Shown here piece after piece: positions 38,866 to 50,561 of a DNA stretch of 64,000 bases. The position numbers and the translations under genes were made by a program. The stretch's first letter is position 1; each line of letters opens with the position of its first letter. Location of the stretch: positions 993,803 to 1,057,802 of the forward strand of contig ML996687.1 of assembly GCA_010356995.1 (NCBI GenBank), written 5' to 3'. The notes below the pieces were generated by a model. It did no database searches and was not told the origin of the DNA. It saw nothing but the letters and a program-made list of their open reading frames with translations. The stretch is from Trichodelitschia bisporula (lineage: Eukaryota).

Positions 38866-40400
38866 CTACATGCCCAGCTGGGCCGTCTCCAGAATACGCA
38901 GTACAGCGGGAACGGAGCTCGGCGGGAGACTCCCGTACTCAGTAACAACCAGCTTGACGTACTCAGCGGGGGTAACATCGTAAAGAATGTTGAGCACCTG
39001 CAGCCCCGGCGTTTCAGTCCATGTCTTGAGAAGCTGCTCACGAGCCGGTCCGCCGCCTATATAGCCGAGAAGTTCATCCGCAGGAGCCACTTCATTGCCG
39101 ACAATAGAGTCGAGGGCAACGCGATCCGTGAACTTCACACTTTGACAGCATACTATGACTGGGACGTCATGTTCATGCGCATGCATGGCCACAATGGCCG
39201 TGCCTACTCGTGAGAATAGGCGGCCGTTTGCCATCATCGCATGTGCCCCTAGGAAGATGCGGTTGGCTTCGGCCACGGCATGGGAAGCTGCAGATATCGG
39301 CATATATTGAGTAGGGATGCCAGCAGCGGCGAGGTCCTTCGCCATACGGCGACCCTCGAACAATGGTTTTGAATCCAAAACAATGACGTTGAAGGATGTG
39401 CCCGCGTTGTGTGCGGCGAGAAGCGTCTTAAGCACCAAAGAAGATTTGGCGAAGGTGAGTATCGTCTCGCCGGGAAGAATCCTCGCAGATGCAGCTTGTG
39501 CAATGACCGTGTCGGCGGCGCTAATGCGCTCGTGCAAGAAGGTGTCTATGGCGGCTACCAACGTGCGCTTAGCAATGGGCTCCGGAACACTGGGATCGAT
39601 CTTGATGATCTGGTCTTTTAGGAACCGAATGCTATTCCCCATAGAGATGCTTATAGGCCGACAGGCTTTAAGGAACTCGATTTGAGGAGAGAGGTGATGC
39701 GCGGTGAGGTGTCGCGCAAGAGAAGTTCCCTGCGGCGTTGTGTATGATTTTATCACCTGGGTCGTTAGCGAGAATTTCAAATGACACAGGAAGAGATACT
39801 TACACTCTTGAACGCTTGCAGCATTCCAACGCACCTCGCCGTGCTGCCACAGACTTCGTAGCTTGACATTTGAAGCCCTAGCGCCAGCACGGAAGGGTGG
39901 ACTTCCTTTGGCGCATTTTCGATTGTGTGTCGGCGAGCATTTCCGTAAAGATGACCGAACAGACCGACGCGCTTTTTTGGTCCGGAGGGGGGCGCAGCTG
40001 GCGCGGGGGCACTGACTGAAGCTCGGCGGGAAGCTTGTGTGGACTTTGCGGATATTTTCAAGCTCGAGGCTTGCCCGGCGCTTTTGCTACCGCCATGCTC
40101 CTGTTGCGGCTGCAGCTGCCTCTTTTGTTTCCCCGGCTGCTCCCCCGGTTGCTGAATAGGAGGTGGAGTGGCCTCCGACTTCTTCGCGGCCCGCTTCGCA
40201 GCCTTTTCAGCCTGCTTGAGCTTCTTCAATTCCGCACCGGAGAGCTTCTTTGGCGCAGCGGCCTGGGTATCGGGGCCGGAGGGACTATTCGCAGCGGCAG
40301 CTTGCATCGGACCGTCACGAGCGGGAATTGCGCTGTCGGGGGCTGTTGGCGCCACGATAGAAGGAAGAGGAGAACTCGGAGACATATTGGTGTTTTCCAT
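38866..40400 (-). CDS. GCD2: Translation initiation factor eIF2B delta (1 intron)
   Basis: LSGAELKK..AEKAAKRA, VHPSVLALG, GSTARC, RPISISMGNSIR, DSKPLFEG, LGAHAMMANG, SRVGTA, YDVTP. Confidence 0.94.
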
Positions 40401-40794
40401 GTCGTCGATGTGGTGTTGCAGAGAAGTCGAAGAGGAGGGGTAATGGCGGGGGTGGAGATTTTGGAGAGTCACCGATGATTGCCAAGCGTTAGGGTCCGTG
40501 TTCTGTGAAGGAGTACCGTAAATGATCCTAGTCGGTGGCGTGGGTGGCTGGTGAATCGGCGAAACCCCGGAGGTTCTAAAAACGGTGGGGCTTTCTGCAC
40601 CGTGCGCATCGCTGCACGCTAAGAAAATGCCAAGAGATATGATGGAATTCATGCGGGTTTCGGTGCGCAAACTCGTGACTGAACGGGCAACGACTTGATC
40701 TTTAGCCACATACTTTACAACAACACTTACTTAAACCCCGCCCTAGCTCATCAGCTCCCGGTTTTCTTTTGTACATCTATCGAGCTCGTTTAAC

Positions 40795-42501
40795 ATGCCA
40801 GAACCGTCGCGTGGTCGGGCGAAGAAGGTTGTTGCGCCTCGTGGCAAAGGTCGGCGCACTCAAGCAGAGCGCGACCAAATCTCCCAGCTGCAGGCCGAAC
40901 GTACGCGGGAGAAGGAGACCCAATACGCTGAGGAGCAGGATGCTGCGAGGCGGGCTGCAGAGCGCGCCGAGCGCTTTCGCAGCAGAGGTAGAGGAGCAGG
41001 CCGTGGACGTGGCCGGGGTGGTTTCATGGGCGAAGCAACATCTGCCGTTCAAGGACCACTTTCCGCCGGATCCGTGATAGGAGGTTTGTGTTTGCCGTTC
41101 GTCAATATATAAATCCGTTGCTAACCGTCAAATGGCCATATTTCCGTCGGGAAGTCATTCCCGAGACCTTGGATGTCAAATCAGAAGCCAGCATCCTTTA
41201 ACGTCAAGCGGGAAGCCATCACTGCAATCAAGTCCGAGGGAGGCTCTTCTGGAAATGATGGAATGGCCTTTTCAAGGCTCAATATCGAAGATGGCGGCTA
41301 CATATCCTCGGACCCTGATGAGCCGGCTGAAGGGCCCCGTGAAGATGTCGACTTCATCAATCTCGCCGATGAATCGGATTCGGACCAGGTCAAGTCCGCT
41401 GCGTTGGGAGGGGCACGTGGTCATCGAAGCGCGTCAGCCTTTGCCCCAGTACGTATTATCCGAGTGGAGCACAAAGACAGAGCTCCTCCCATCAACCCGG
41501 AGATCAGCGCGGGAGCTTCCAAGAAGGAGCCGGACGATGCAGCAGAAGATACCGGAGCTCCTTCATCAAGCAAAGGGAAACAGCGTGCCAAAGATGTAGT
41601 GGTCATCAAAACCGAGCGCAAGTGGCATGGTGTCTATTCCTCGGATGACGACGAAGCAGTGAAGGTCAAAGACGAGCCAATGGAGGATGTCACGTCTTCC
41701 GCGCGACCTCCAGTAGTTAAGGAGCCATTATCAGCTCCTACGTCGCCCAACAAGTCGAAGATCAAATTGCCCCGCGCCCACCACAAAAACAAGCCCTTTT
41801 TACTCACCGAGGAAGACCGCGCCGAGTACGCCCGAAAGTTGCGCCAAACAGAGCTTCTTCTGGCAGAACTGGGACCTGTGTCTGCAGCGGAACCTACAAC
41901 GACCGGAGAAGATTCTGCTCCGCCGCCACCTGACCCACGCGCTGACCGAGTCTACTGGTTCCAGTTCCCGCCCAAGATGCCCGATCTCCTACCAAACGAG
42001 CCGATTGCGATCAAAGACGATGCTCCTGTTGCCGCTACACATGCTGGTACCGCTCCCGAAGAAACCGTCCCTGGAAAACCCGAACCCTCGGCTGCAGATG
42101 GGAACGCTCCTGTTACTGTAGGCGCAGCCGACGCAAAGGCCACTACACCGAACAAGGAACGTCCAGAGCATCTGCCTAAACTCGCATCGGGAAACGTTGG
42201 GAAGATGCGTGTCCATAAGAGCGGAAAGGTCACCATGGATTGGGGCGGTACGAGCTTCCAAGTCAAGATGGGAGTTGAATGGTCGCATCTGCAAGACGTG
42301 GTTCTGGTCAAGTCGCATGAAAAGGACAAGGAGCGCAGTGCGAATACGGCGGCTGGCCCAGACGATGGGAGCTCTGCTGGTGCTGGTTCTAGAGCGGCTG
42401 GTGCTGCTAGCCGGAAGGGCGGCATCAGCGGGGACACATATGCCTTTGGACAGGTCAAGGGCATGTTCGTGGTCACGCCCGATTGGGATGAGTTGTTGTA
42501 G
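40795..42501 (+). CDS. RPC53: RNA polymerase III subunit C53/Rpc4 (intron near 41084, acceptor uncertain)
   Basis: C-terminal Rpc4 domain YWFQFPPKMPDL..GNVGKMRVHKSGKVTMDWGG..GQVKGMFVVTPDW; RG-rich N-terminal exon. Confidence 0.87.
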
Positions 42502-43192
42502 CTGGGCGAGAGGACACATGTATGTACGGCTTTATGGGCAATGGAACCGGGATAAAAGTCTCCACATACTCGTATGTCACGGCGACCTGATAGTGCTGCG
42601 GGGTAGTAGATACGACTGCTTGGCCTCATCCATAGGGCTCATGGGAAAGGCGTATAGAGTCAAAATGTACAAAGTAGGTAATCATGATAAAACTGCGAAG
42701 AAACGAAGCTTTTTTTTCATGTTGCCGGTATCAACGGACGTTGAGAAGAGTGGAAAAAAAGAGCCTAGCCTAGCCGGGGCAGTGGTGCAACAGACCAACA
42801 GGATGTACGGTAAAGCTGTACGTATGCGTAGGGCCGCTCGGGCGGGGACCCCCGGGGCGTCAGTCATCCGTCCGATGTCGCCATTTACTTTTTTAAAAAC
42901 CCCGCCAGTACTGGGTCCAAGCGCACCTTTCGGCAACCTTAAAACCTCTAGCATTTCAACGCTTTTGATTCTCATCCTCCTCATCCCTCTTCAAAACCCC
43001 TCCAACCCCTCTACCTGGCCAATTCCCAAATAGCCCTCCTTCTTCTCCCTCCGCCCGCCTGTCAAAAAGGTACGGACTACAGTCCTACATATCTCTAGTG
43101 TCTTTCGCCGACACTGTGAATCTCGTATTCTTGTATCTCTAACATCTCCTCGTCTTCTCTCCAGATACTTCTCACCGCCTCTACACTTCACG

Positions 43193-44533
43193 ATGGTCTC
43201 TGCCAACGGCACCAGCCCCAAGGGCACCTTCCTTTTCACATCCGAGTCTGTTGGTGAGGGTCATCCCGAGTAAGTTGAAAACACCGAGATTGTTTCCCCT
43301 CAGTCAGTAATGGTACATTTACTGACCTCTGCCGTAGTAAAATTGCGTATGTGTTAAGTCCCAGTCTCGTCCCGGCCGCCCACACTTACCCCTCCCCAGC
43401 GATCAAGTCTCGGATGCCGTTCTCGATGCTTGCCTGGCGAATGACCCCCTTTCCAAGGTGGCCTGCGAGACGGCGACCAAGACTGGCATGATCATGGTCT
43501 TCGGTGAAATCACCACCAAGTCCCCGCTTGATTACCAGAAGATTATTCGCGATGCTATCAAGGACATTGGCTACGATGACTCGTCCAAGGGCTTTGACTA
43601 CAAGACCTGTAACGTCTTGGTGGCCATCGAGCAGCAGTCACCCGATATTGCTCAGGGTCTGCACTACGAGAAGGCCCTTGAGGATCTTGGTGCCGGTGAC
43701 CAGGGTATCATGTTTGGCTATGCGACTGATGAGACCCCGGAGATGCTTCCCTTGACCCTTCTGCTCGCTCACAAGCTGAATTCTGCTATGAGTGATGCCC
43801 GTCGGTCCGGCAGGCTGCCTTGGTTGCGCCCGGACACAAAGACTCAGGTCACGGTCGAGTATGAGAACAACAACGGCGCCGTGGTACCCAGGCGTGTCGA
43901 CACCGTGGTTGTCAGCGCTCAGCACGGCCCCGAAATTACCACCGAGCAGCTGCGCAAGGAGATCAAGGAGAAGATCATCAATGAGGTCATCCCCGCCAAG
44001 TACCTCGATGATAAGACCGTCTACCATGTTTGTTTACCACACGTTTCTATTTTCCCAAAACTAATCGCATACAGATTCAACCCTCTGGGCTCTTCATCAT
44101 CGGCGGCCCTCAAGGTGACGCCGGTCTGACTGGCCGCAAGATCATTGTTGACACATACGGCGGCTGGGGCGCGCACGGTGGTGGCGCTTTCTCCGGGAAG
44201 GACTACTCAAAGGTTGATCGTTCTGCTGCCTACCTTGGTCGCTGGATTGCCAAGTCTCTTGTTGCTGCCGGCCTCGCTCGCCGCGCTCTCGTCCAGCTGT
44301 CATACGCTATCGGTGTCGCGGAACCCCTCTCACTGTTTGTTGAGACGTACGGTACGTCCGAGAAGACCTCGGATGAGCTTGTGGAAATCATTCGCAAGAA
44401 CTTCGACATGCGTCCAGGTGTCATCGTCCAGGAGCTCGACCTCGCCAAGCCCATCTACTTCCAGACTGCGAAGAACGGCCACTTCACCAACCAGAACTTT
44501 TCGTGGGAGAAGCCTAAGAAGCTTGTTCTGTAA
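43193..44533 (+). CDS. SAM1: S-adenosylmethionine synthetase (9-nt micro-exon 43338-43346; probable 5'UTR intron 43070-43164)
   Basis: [64 protein letters not shown]. Confidence 0.98.
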
Positions 44534-45425
44534 ACGCATCAACGGTTGATTTTCTCCAGGCGAAATTTAGGGACGTCACGTCACGGCATTTGTTCTCAGT
44601 TTGACACGGATTTCAGAGGGATATACCACAAAAGCAGAATTCGAGTTATTCAACATAGACCCTGGGAGCGGTCCATGGACGCTATTTTGACGGCGGGTTC
44701 TCCATTCACGAGCGACGGCGTTAGGGAGAAATTTCAACATCTCCCGGGAAGTGCGGCGCCATTCCGTGGGGCTCTGGTGCTTTTTCTTTGATTTGGCTTT
44801 GTCAGTAGACAATTGCATGGTTGCTCGGAGGATTGTTCCAACAAGCATCCCTAAGGCGTGCGAGTCTTGGTGGAATATCCGAGTGGGAGATCTGTGGATA
44901 GTAGGATCAAAGATGAATGGAATCCTCCGCCACTCAACGTGCGCGCGAGATGATGCCTATCACAGTGCTTTGACTTGCCCCTGGTTGCATGAGTGATGGC
45001 TGAATTGGAATGTTCAAGCCGATTTCTTGCGAATTGTGCGTCGTAGGGCCTGTCACTGGGGTTTGATTGGATACGGGCGTTCTTTTCTATGCTGACTTCA
45101 GCCGATAATTGCTAGCAGCTGAGAAATGGCGCAACTACTCGATATGACACTGTGATGTGATAGTCCTCCCAGGAATACTGTACCCAAAAACAGTTTTGAA
45201 GTGGAGGCTGCTGGTTGTCCGAGGTCAAGGGTAATCAAGCTCCTCGAACACTAAGACTTAAGCTGGTGCTATCATAGTCACGGCATTAAAGGCATACATA
45301 GTATTTGGAATCACAAAGCATTCCGCTTCTACATTGATGGGCACATCTTCAGATTTACACCCTTAGGGATGTCAAACAGCAGTACACAGAAGTTAACATG
45401 AACTCTTTGGCCTCGCCTCAACCAC

Positions 45426-48400
45426 TCAAACTGCCAGCAACTTCCCGATACCCTCCCACTTCACACTCTGCCATCCATGCGCAACCCGTTCCTCGTATAT
45501 CGCAGCGTGTGCCAGCGACTCCTTCCACCTAAAGTCCTCAGGTGTCAGCCCCAGCGGCCTATACACCTTAACGGTGCCTGTCCCCAGGCGCACGGGCTGT
45601 CCCATGATGATGTTCTCTGAAACGCCGTCAATAGGGTCCGTCTTCATCTTCGTCGCCGCGCCGAAGAGATGGTCGGGTGTCTTTTCGAACGACGCGAGCT
45701 GCAGCACTGAGTCGCGGTTCTTGGCCATGCCAAACCGCGTAATGCCTAAAACTTCGCCCTTGGACGTCATGGTGTTAGCTAACAGCTGGATGTGGTGGTT
45801 GTCGATGTCCATCTGGCCCATAACGGAGTGCATCTCTGAGATGATGACACTTTTGGCCGCCTCGATGCCGAGCGTATCAAGTGCCTCCATGACACTGTTT
45901 GTTTTCGTTGCGTATCCATTCACGCCCTCGGTCGTCATGCACGCCTTGAGGCCGTATCCCTCGACCAACAACTGAAGCTCTTCTAGACCGTCCTTGTTGG
46001 CCACATCTGACCGCCGAATGATGGCGCGCACTGTTTCCGGGTAGCCCTTGACTACCACATTCTCGAGCAAGCGGCGAATCTCATGGACGGTAACGTAGTG
46101 CGGGTTGGTCTTTTTCTTACGACGCGCCTTAGCCTTAGCTAAGGGCGCGTCCTGCTCCTCGTCGTCATCAATGTCCATAGCGTCAATCATGTCTTCGCTC
46201 TCGCCACCGACTTCAGTCGGCGTAACGCGTATGTGGCGTGATCCGTATATCTCAACATTGCTTTCATTGAGCTTGAGACCCTTGGCCTTGACGACTGCGC
46301 GCGCAATATCGTGTAGGGACAAATCAAGCTGAAGTTTCGCGATACGGTCCGTGTCAATACGAATATTGATGTAGGCACGAGATGAGCTCCAAACGTCTTC
46401 GATGTGCTCGGCGATATCGTGAATGTACGTTTTTTCGATGCGTCCTTTGACAATATGGGCCACCTGTTCCGAGGTCTTATTCTCCAGCTCACAAGTGATG
46501 ACGGGTGTACTGATCTTTCTCGCAGCGTTGATGATTTCCTTGATACGCGGCACACCCTGAGTGATACTCATGCCAGCGACACCGGCGAAATGGAAGGTTT
46601 TGAGTGTCATCTGCGTGCCAGGTTCACCGATGGACTGTGCTGCGACGACACCGACAGCGTGGCCTGGTTGTACGACAGCCTTTTCGTACTTGTGGAAGCA
46701 GAGGTCCAGGAATTTGTCCAATCCCTCCTGGGTGATTTTCAAAATGTTGTCCACCATGGCCTGGTTAGCCTTTCCATCAATGCCCAACTGACTCGCGAAT
46801 TCGACGAACGTATTCTGGTCCACCTGGCTGCTTGTTCTCTTACCAGACATGGCATGGTCATTTGGGAGTATGTATGTCTCGCGAAGCTTGACGATGCGCT
46901 TCACTTTGCCGCGCAGGAAGTCGACAATCTGGTCAAGGAAGAGCCGAGCGGCTTCGTGGTTGTCGACACCTTCATCTCTCATGTCTCTCTGATCCAGTTC
47001 CTCGCCCAGCAGTGTCGTCCGGCGGTAACGTAGGCGCCTTTCTGCGATCCTCTTGTCGATATGGGCCTGTATGACACCGGGAGTCAATCCGACTTGGTTT
47101 GGGCTATGAGTGCTCTGGAGAACATGCATGAAAGTGCGCTCGAAATTGACTGGCTTTCCTTTCCCTTCGAGGTCTGCGGGATCAAGAGAGTCGTCACCGA
47201 AAGCAAATTCAATCACCCCTCCGCTCGACGTTCTGACAGTGTTATCATAGAAGATCGATCCATCCTCAAGAGATTTGACGAGCCGACGGGACATGTAACC
47301 TGTCTCGGCGGTTTTGACCGCAGTATCAACTAGACCTTCACGGCCAGACATGGCGTGAAATATGAATTCCGTAGGAGAAAGGCCCGTGAAGAAACTATTT
47401 TCGACAAATCCTTTTGAGAGAGGATCTCGAGCACCTTTGGGGAAATGGGGCGTCGTCCGATCCTGAAAGCCATTGACCACGCGTTTCCCGCCAATCATCT
47501 GCTGTCCCACACTGGCAACCATTTGGGAGACGTTGATCAATGAACCTTTGGAACCGCTTTTGGCCATGATAACCGGGGAGTTCCAGCGGCGGAGTTCTTG
47601 AAAGCACACCTCACCCGCATCCTGGCGGACTTGCGAGAGAATTCCGGAGAGTTTGTTTTCCAGCGTCAATTCTTCATCGCAACCGGGATCGCGGCCGAGC
47701 TTGCCCTCTTTGAAAGCGATGATGATGGCATTGCATTTCGCCTTGGCTGCGTCCATAAGCTTCTGCTTTTTACTCACGAGAGTAGGACTCGGATAGACAT
47801 CTCCTATACCGATGGAAAATCCTTGCTGTCCCAACCATCTGGAAGACAGTCTTGCCAGTCGATTCATTCCCTCACAAGCGTATCCCTCTCCAAAATCGCG
47901 AAGCATGATAAAGAACAGGGATGATTTCTTGCCGTCACCGATGATTGACTTGTCCATGACGCCGCACATGACTTCCGAGTTTCGGACAACGAGGTACGCG
48001 TCGTCCTCGTTCAGATCGGGTGGCACACCTGGTCTCAGCTTGTATTCTCGGCATTCAGCTTCGAGATTGACCATGACCGGACACTTTTTGTTGGGCCGCA
48101 TCAGGACGTTGAAGAGCTGCTTTCCACTCCACAGCCTCATAGGCTTCAGGATGCAAGGTGGGGGAAGCTCGTAGCTCTGGAACTCTCCCGTCTCGGGATC
48201 ATGGAATCCATGCGCGTGAAACATGTAGCCCATGGCTTGAGCAAACTGTGCCCTGTTGAAGAACTTGTCTTTCGCACTCAACAAGTAGGCTGCGGTGATG
48301 AAGTCCTGGATGGGGGCAATAATCGGAGCGCCGTTTTTGGGAGTGACTAAGTTGTGTTTCACGCCCATTAGCTCTAGGGCTTCCGTTCTGGCCTCTTCTG

Positions 48401-50047
48401 TCTGAGGAATGTGGATATTCATCTCGTCACCGTCGAAATCTGCGTTGTACGGGTTACATACACTTTCGTTCATGCGAAATGTTCGCCCCTGCAATACTCG
48501 CACCTTATGGGCCAAGATACTGAGCTTGTGAAGGGAGGGCTGGCGATTAAAAAGGGCAATGTCTCCATGGTAGACGTGGCGTTCTACTACGTCCCCAATT
48601 TCAAGATATTTCGCCTCCTGGCGCAGTTTCTCGGGTCCCAGTCTTGCCATGACGCGCAAAGACTTAGTGATACCGGACTTCTTGATGATCTGGTTTGCGC
48701 CGGGCCAGTTCTCGGGACCATTCCGCACTCTCTCGCGCATGAGCTTGATATTGTGATCTGTGACGCGTTCCGGGTAGGTCAATATCTTGGCAACCTGAGT
48801 GGGGATTCCAACTTCTTCGACTGAAAGATTGGGATCCGGTCCAATGACCGTGCGGGCTGAAAAGTTGACACGTTTGCCGGAAAGATTTCCTCTGAATCGG
48901 CCTTGCTTGCCCTTCAGTCTAGAGCAGAAGCTGCGAATCGCCTTGCCGTACTCTGTCTTATTCAGCCCGGGCGCATGGCTGTTGACGTACATGGCAATAT
49001 GGTCCTGTAGCTTTTCGTACAAGTCCATTGCCACACCGATATGCTCATCACTCTGAAGCGCGGCACGGAGACGGGCGTTGAGGTCAACGATCTCACAGAG
49101 TTTGGTACTCAGGTCGTCCTCAGTAGTGCCTTGATCGCCAGGAACTGAGGGCCGAATAGTTGTGGGCGGGACAGGAAGTAATGTCCAGAGGTAGGATTCC
49201 GGACGTCCTTTATGTGAGTCCAGACCAAGAAGCTCGCAGTCCTCGGCTGATATGCGCTCGAATAAACGATACACTTTGTTCGCGGGCAAATCGTCGACAG
49301 CCCTCTTGATGTGCTTTTCCATGTCGGGAGATTCTTTGACATACGTACGGAAAGACTTGTCAAACCTGACCTTGTCGGGGGGGGGGACCTTGCTCTTGGC
49401 CGACGACTTGTTGAATGAGTCAAATGGCATATGGACGATCTTACAGGCATGACCGGCAACCTTTCGAACAGGTCCATTCGAAGCCCCGCAGTGTGGGCAA
49501 TTGTGGACCTTTCTACATTCAGACTGCAAGCTCTTCAGGTGCCGAGCTTTCTGAAAGCTATCCTGGCCAGGTCGCCGCATAGCCTGAAGCCGAGAGCGCC
49601 GGTCGTCGTCCTCCAGGAGTACCTGAGAGCATGTTTTGCAGATTTGGCTTAGGATGTCGACGGTAAAGCTGAGGAAGCCGATGTGGAAGCAGGGAAACTC
49701 GAGGCGAATGTGGCCCCAGTGACCGTTGCAGGCCTTTTGGTCCATTCCACAAGTCTGGCAGGCGTCTACCTTGCTGGCAGCGCCTAATCTTGGGTCCAGA
49801 GGTCCGTTGTGAGTTTGCCGGCGAACAGGCATCAAGTCATAGAGATTTTTATCCGCAACCTCAACTTGGGACTGTTCAACAACTTGACTTTCAGACCTGG
49901 TAATATCCATTAGCTGGGAAAAGGAGATGCTGACAGCCATAACACCCACATGACTCCAAACTCCAAGGCTCCGAACCGCATAGGTGTTTCATCCACCACC
50001 TGCTGCTTGGGCTCATGGCCCGGATACGGCTTCAATCGCCGATACAT
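45426..50047 (-). CDS. RPO31: RNA polymerase III largest subunit C160/Rpc1 (one 5' intron)
   Basis: CNGHWGHI, RLKGKQGRFRGNLSGKRV, FNRQPSLHKLS, YNADFDGDEMN, TQMTLKTFHFAGVA, GEVLGITRFGM (Pol III-type); no CTD heptads. Confidence 0.96.
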
Positions 50048-50129
50048 TTCTCCTCACTTGCGAAAAAGCTGGCCAGTGCCACCCGAAAGCACCCTTTGAC
50101 TTGACGCAGAGAGAAGCGCGAAAGGCAAC

Positions 50130-50136
50130 TGAGTCA
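50130..50136. promoter_or_regulatory. Gcn4/CpcA site TGAGTCA upstream of RPO31
   Basis: Exact consensus about 83 bp upstream of the ATG. Confidence 0.45.
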
Positions 50137-50561
50137 ACGAAGATGGCAGGTAGAGATCAGTGAAAGACGTGACGGCAGAGTTTTTTTCAAGTTAGATGTG
50201 CCTGATGAGAGTGACAGGCTATGAGAATTGCTGTTCAAAACATTGTAGCCACTGACAGTCATTCCTGTCCTTCAACTCTGGCGTGGCGGCGACCCGATGG
50301 AAAGTTTTGGTTAAGGTCTTGGCATCAACGCGGGTTTGCGCACTTTATCGATAAGCCCTAGCTAGAACTATTGTGGCAAGCGCTAATGCACCTCCTCGCA
50401 CCATTACAAACCTCCAAACATTCACAAAGATGGAAGTTCAGCCTCATCCTTCAATTTCACTATCTACGTTTCGCTTCTACGCCATAATACTATAACTCTC
50501 CTAAGCTCCATCCCATTTGGTACACCGCAACTGCGCTTGGAAAGTATCTAACGATGATCCG

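Noticed and set aside
44070..44078. TACAGA at the last SAM synthetase acceptor, resembling the METTL16 target UACAGARAA
   Set aside because: Continues TTC rather than RAA, no clear hairpin, and TACAG is an ordinary acceptor.
50345..50354. TTATCGATAA palindrome upstream of RPO31
   Set aside because: Single short GATA-type palindrome with no further support.
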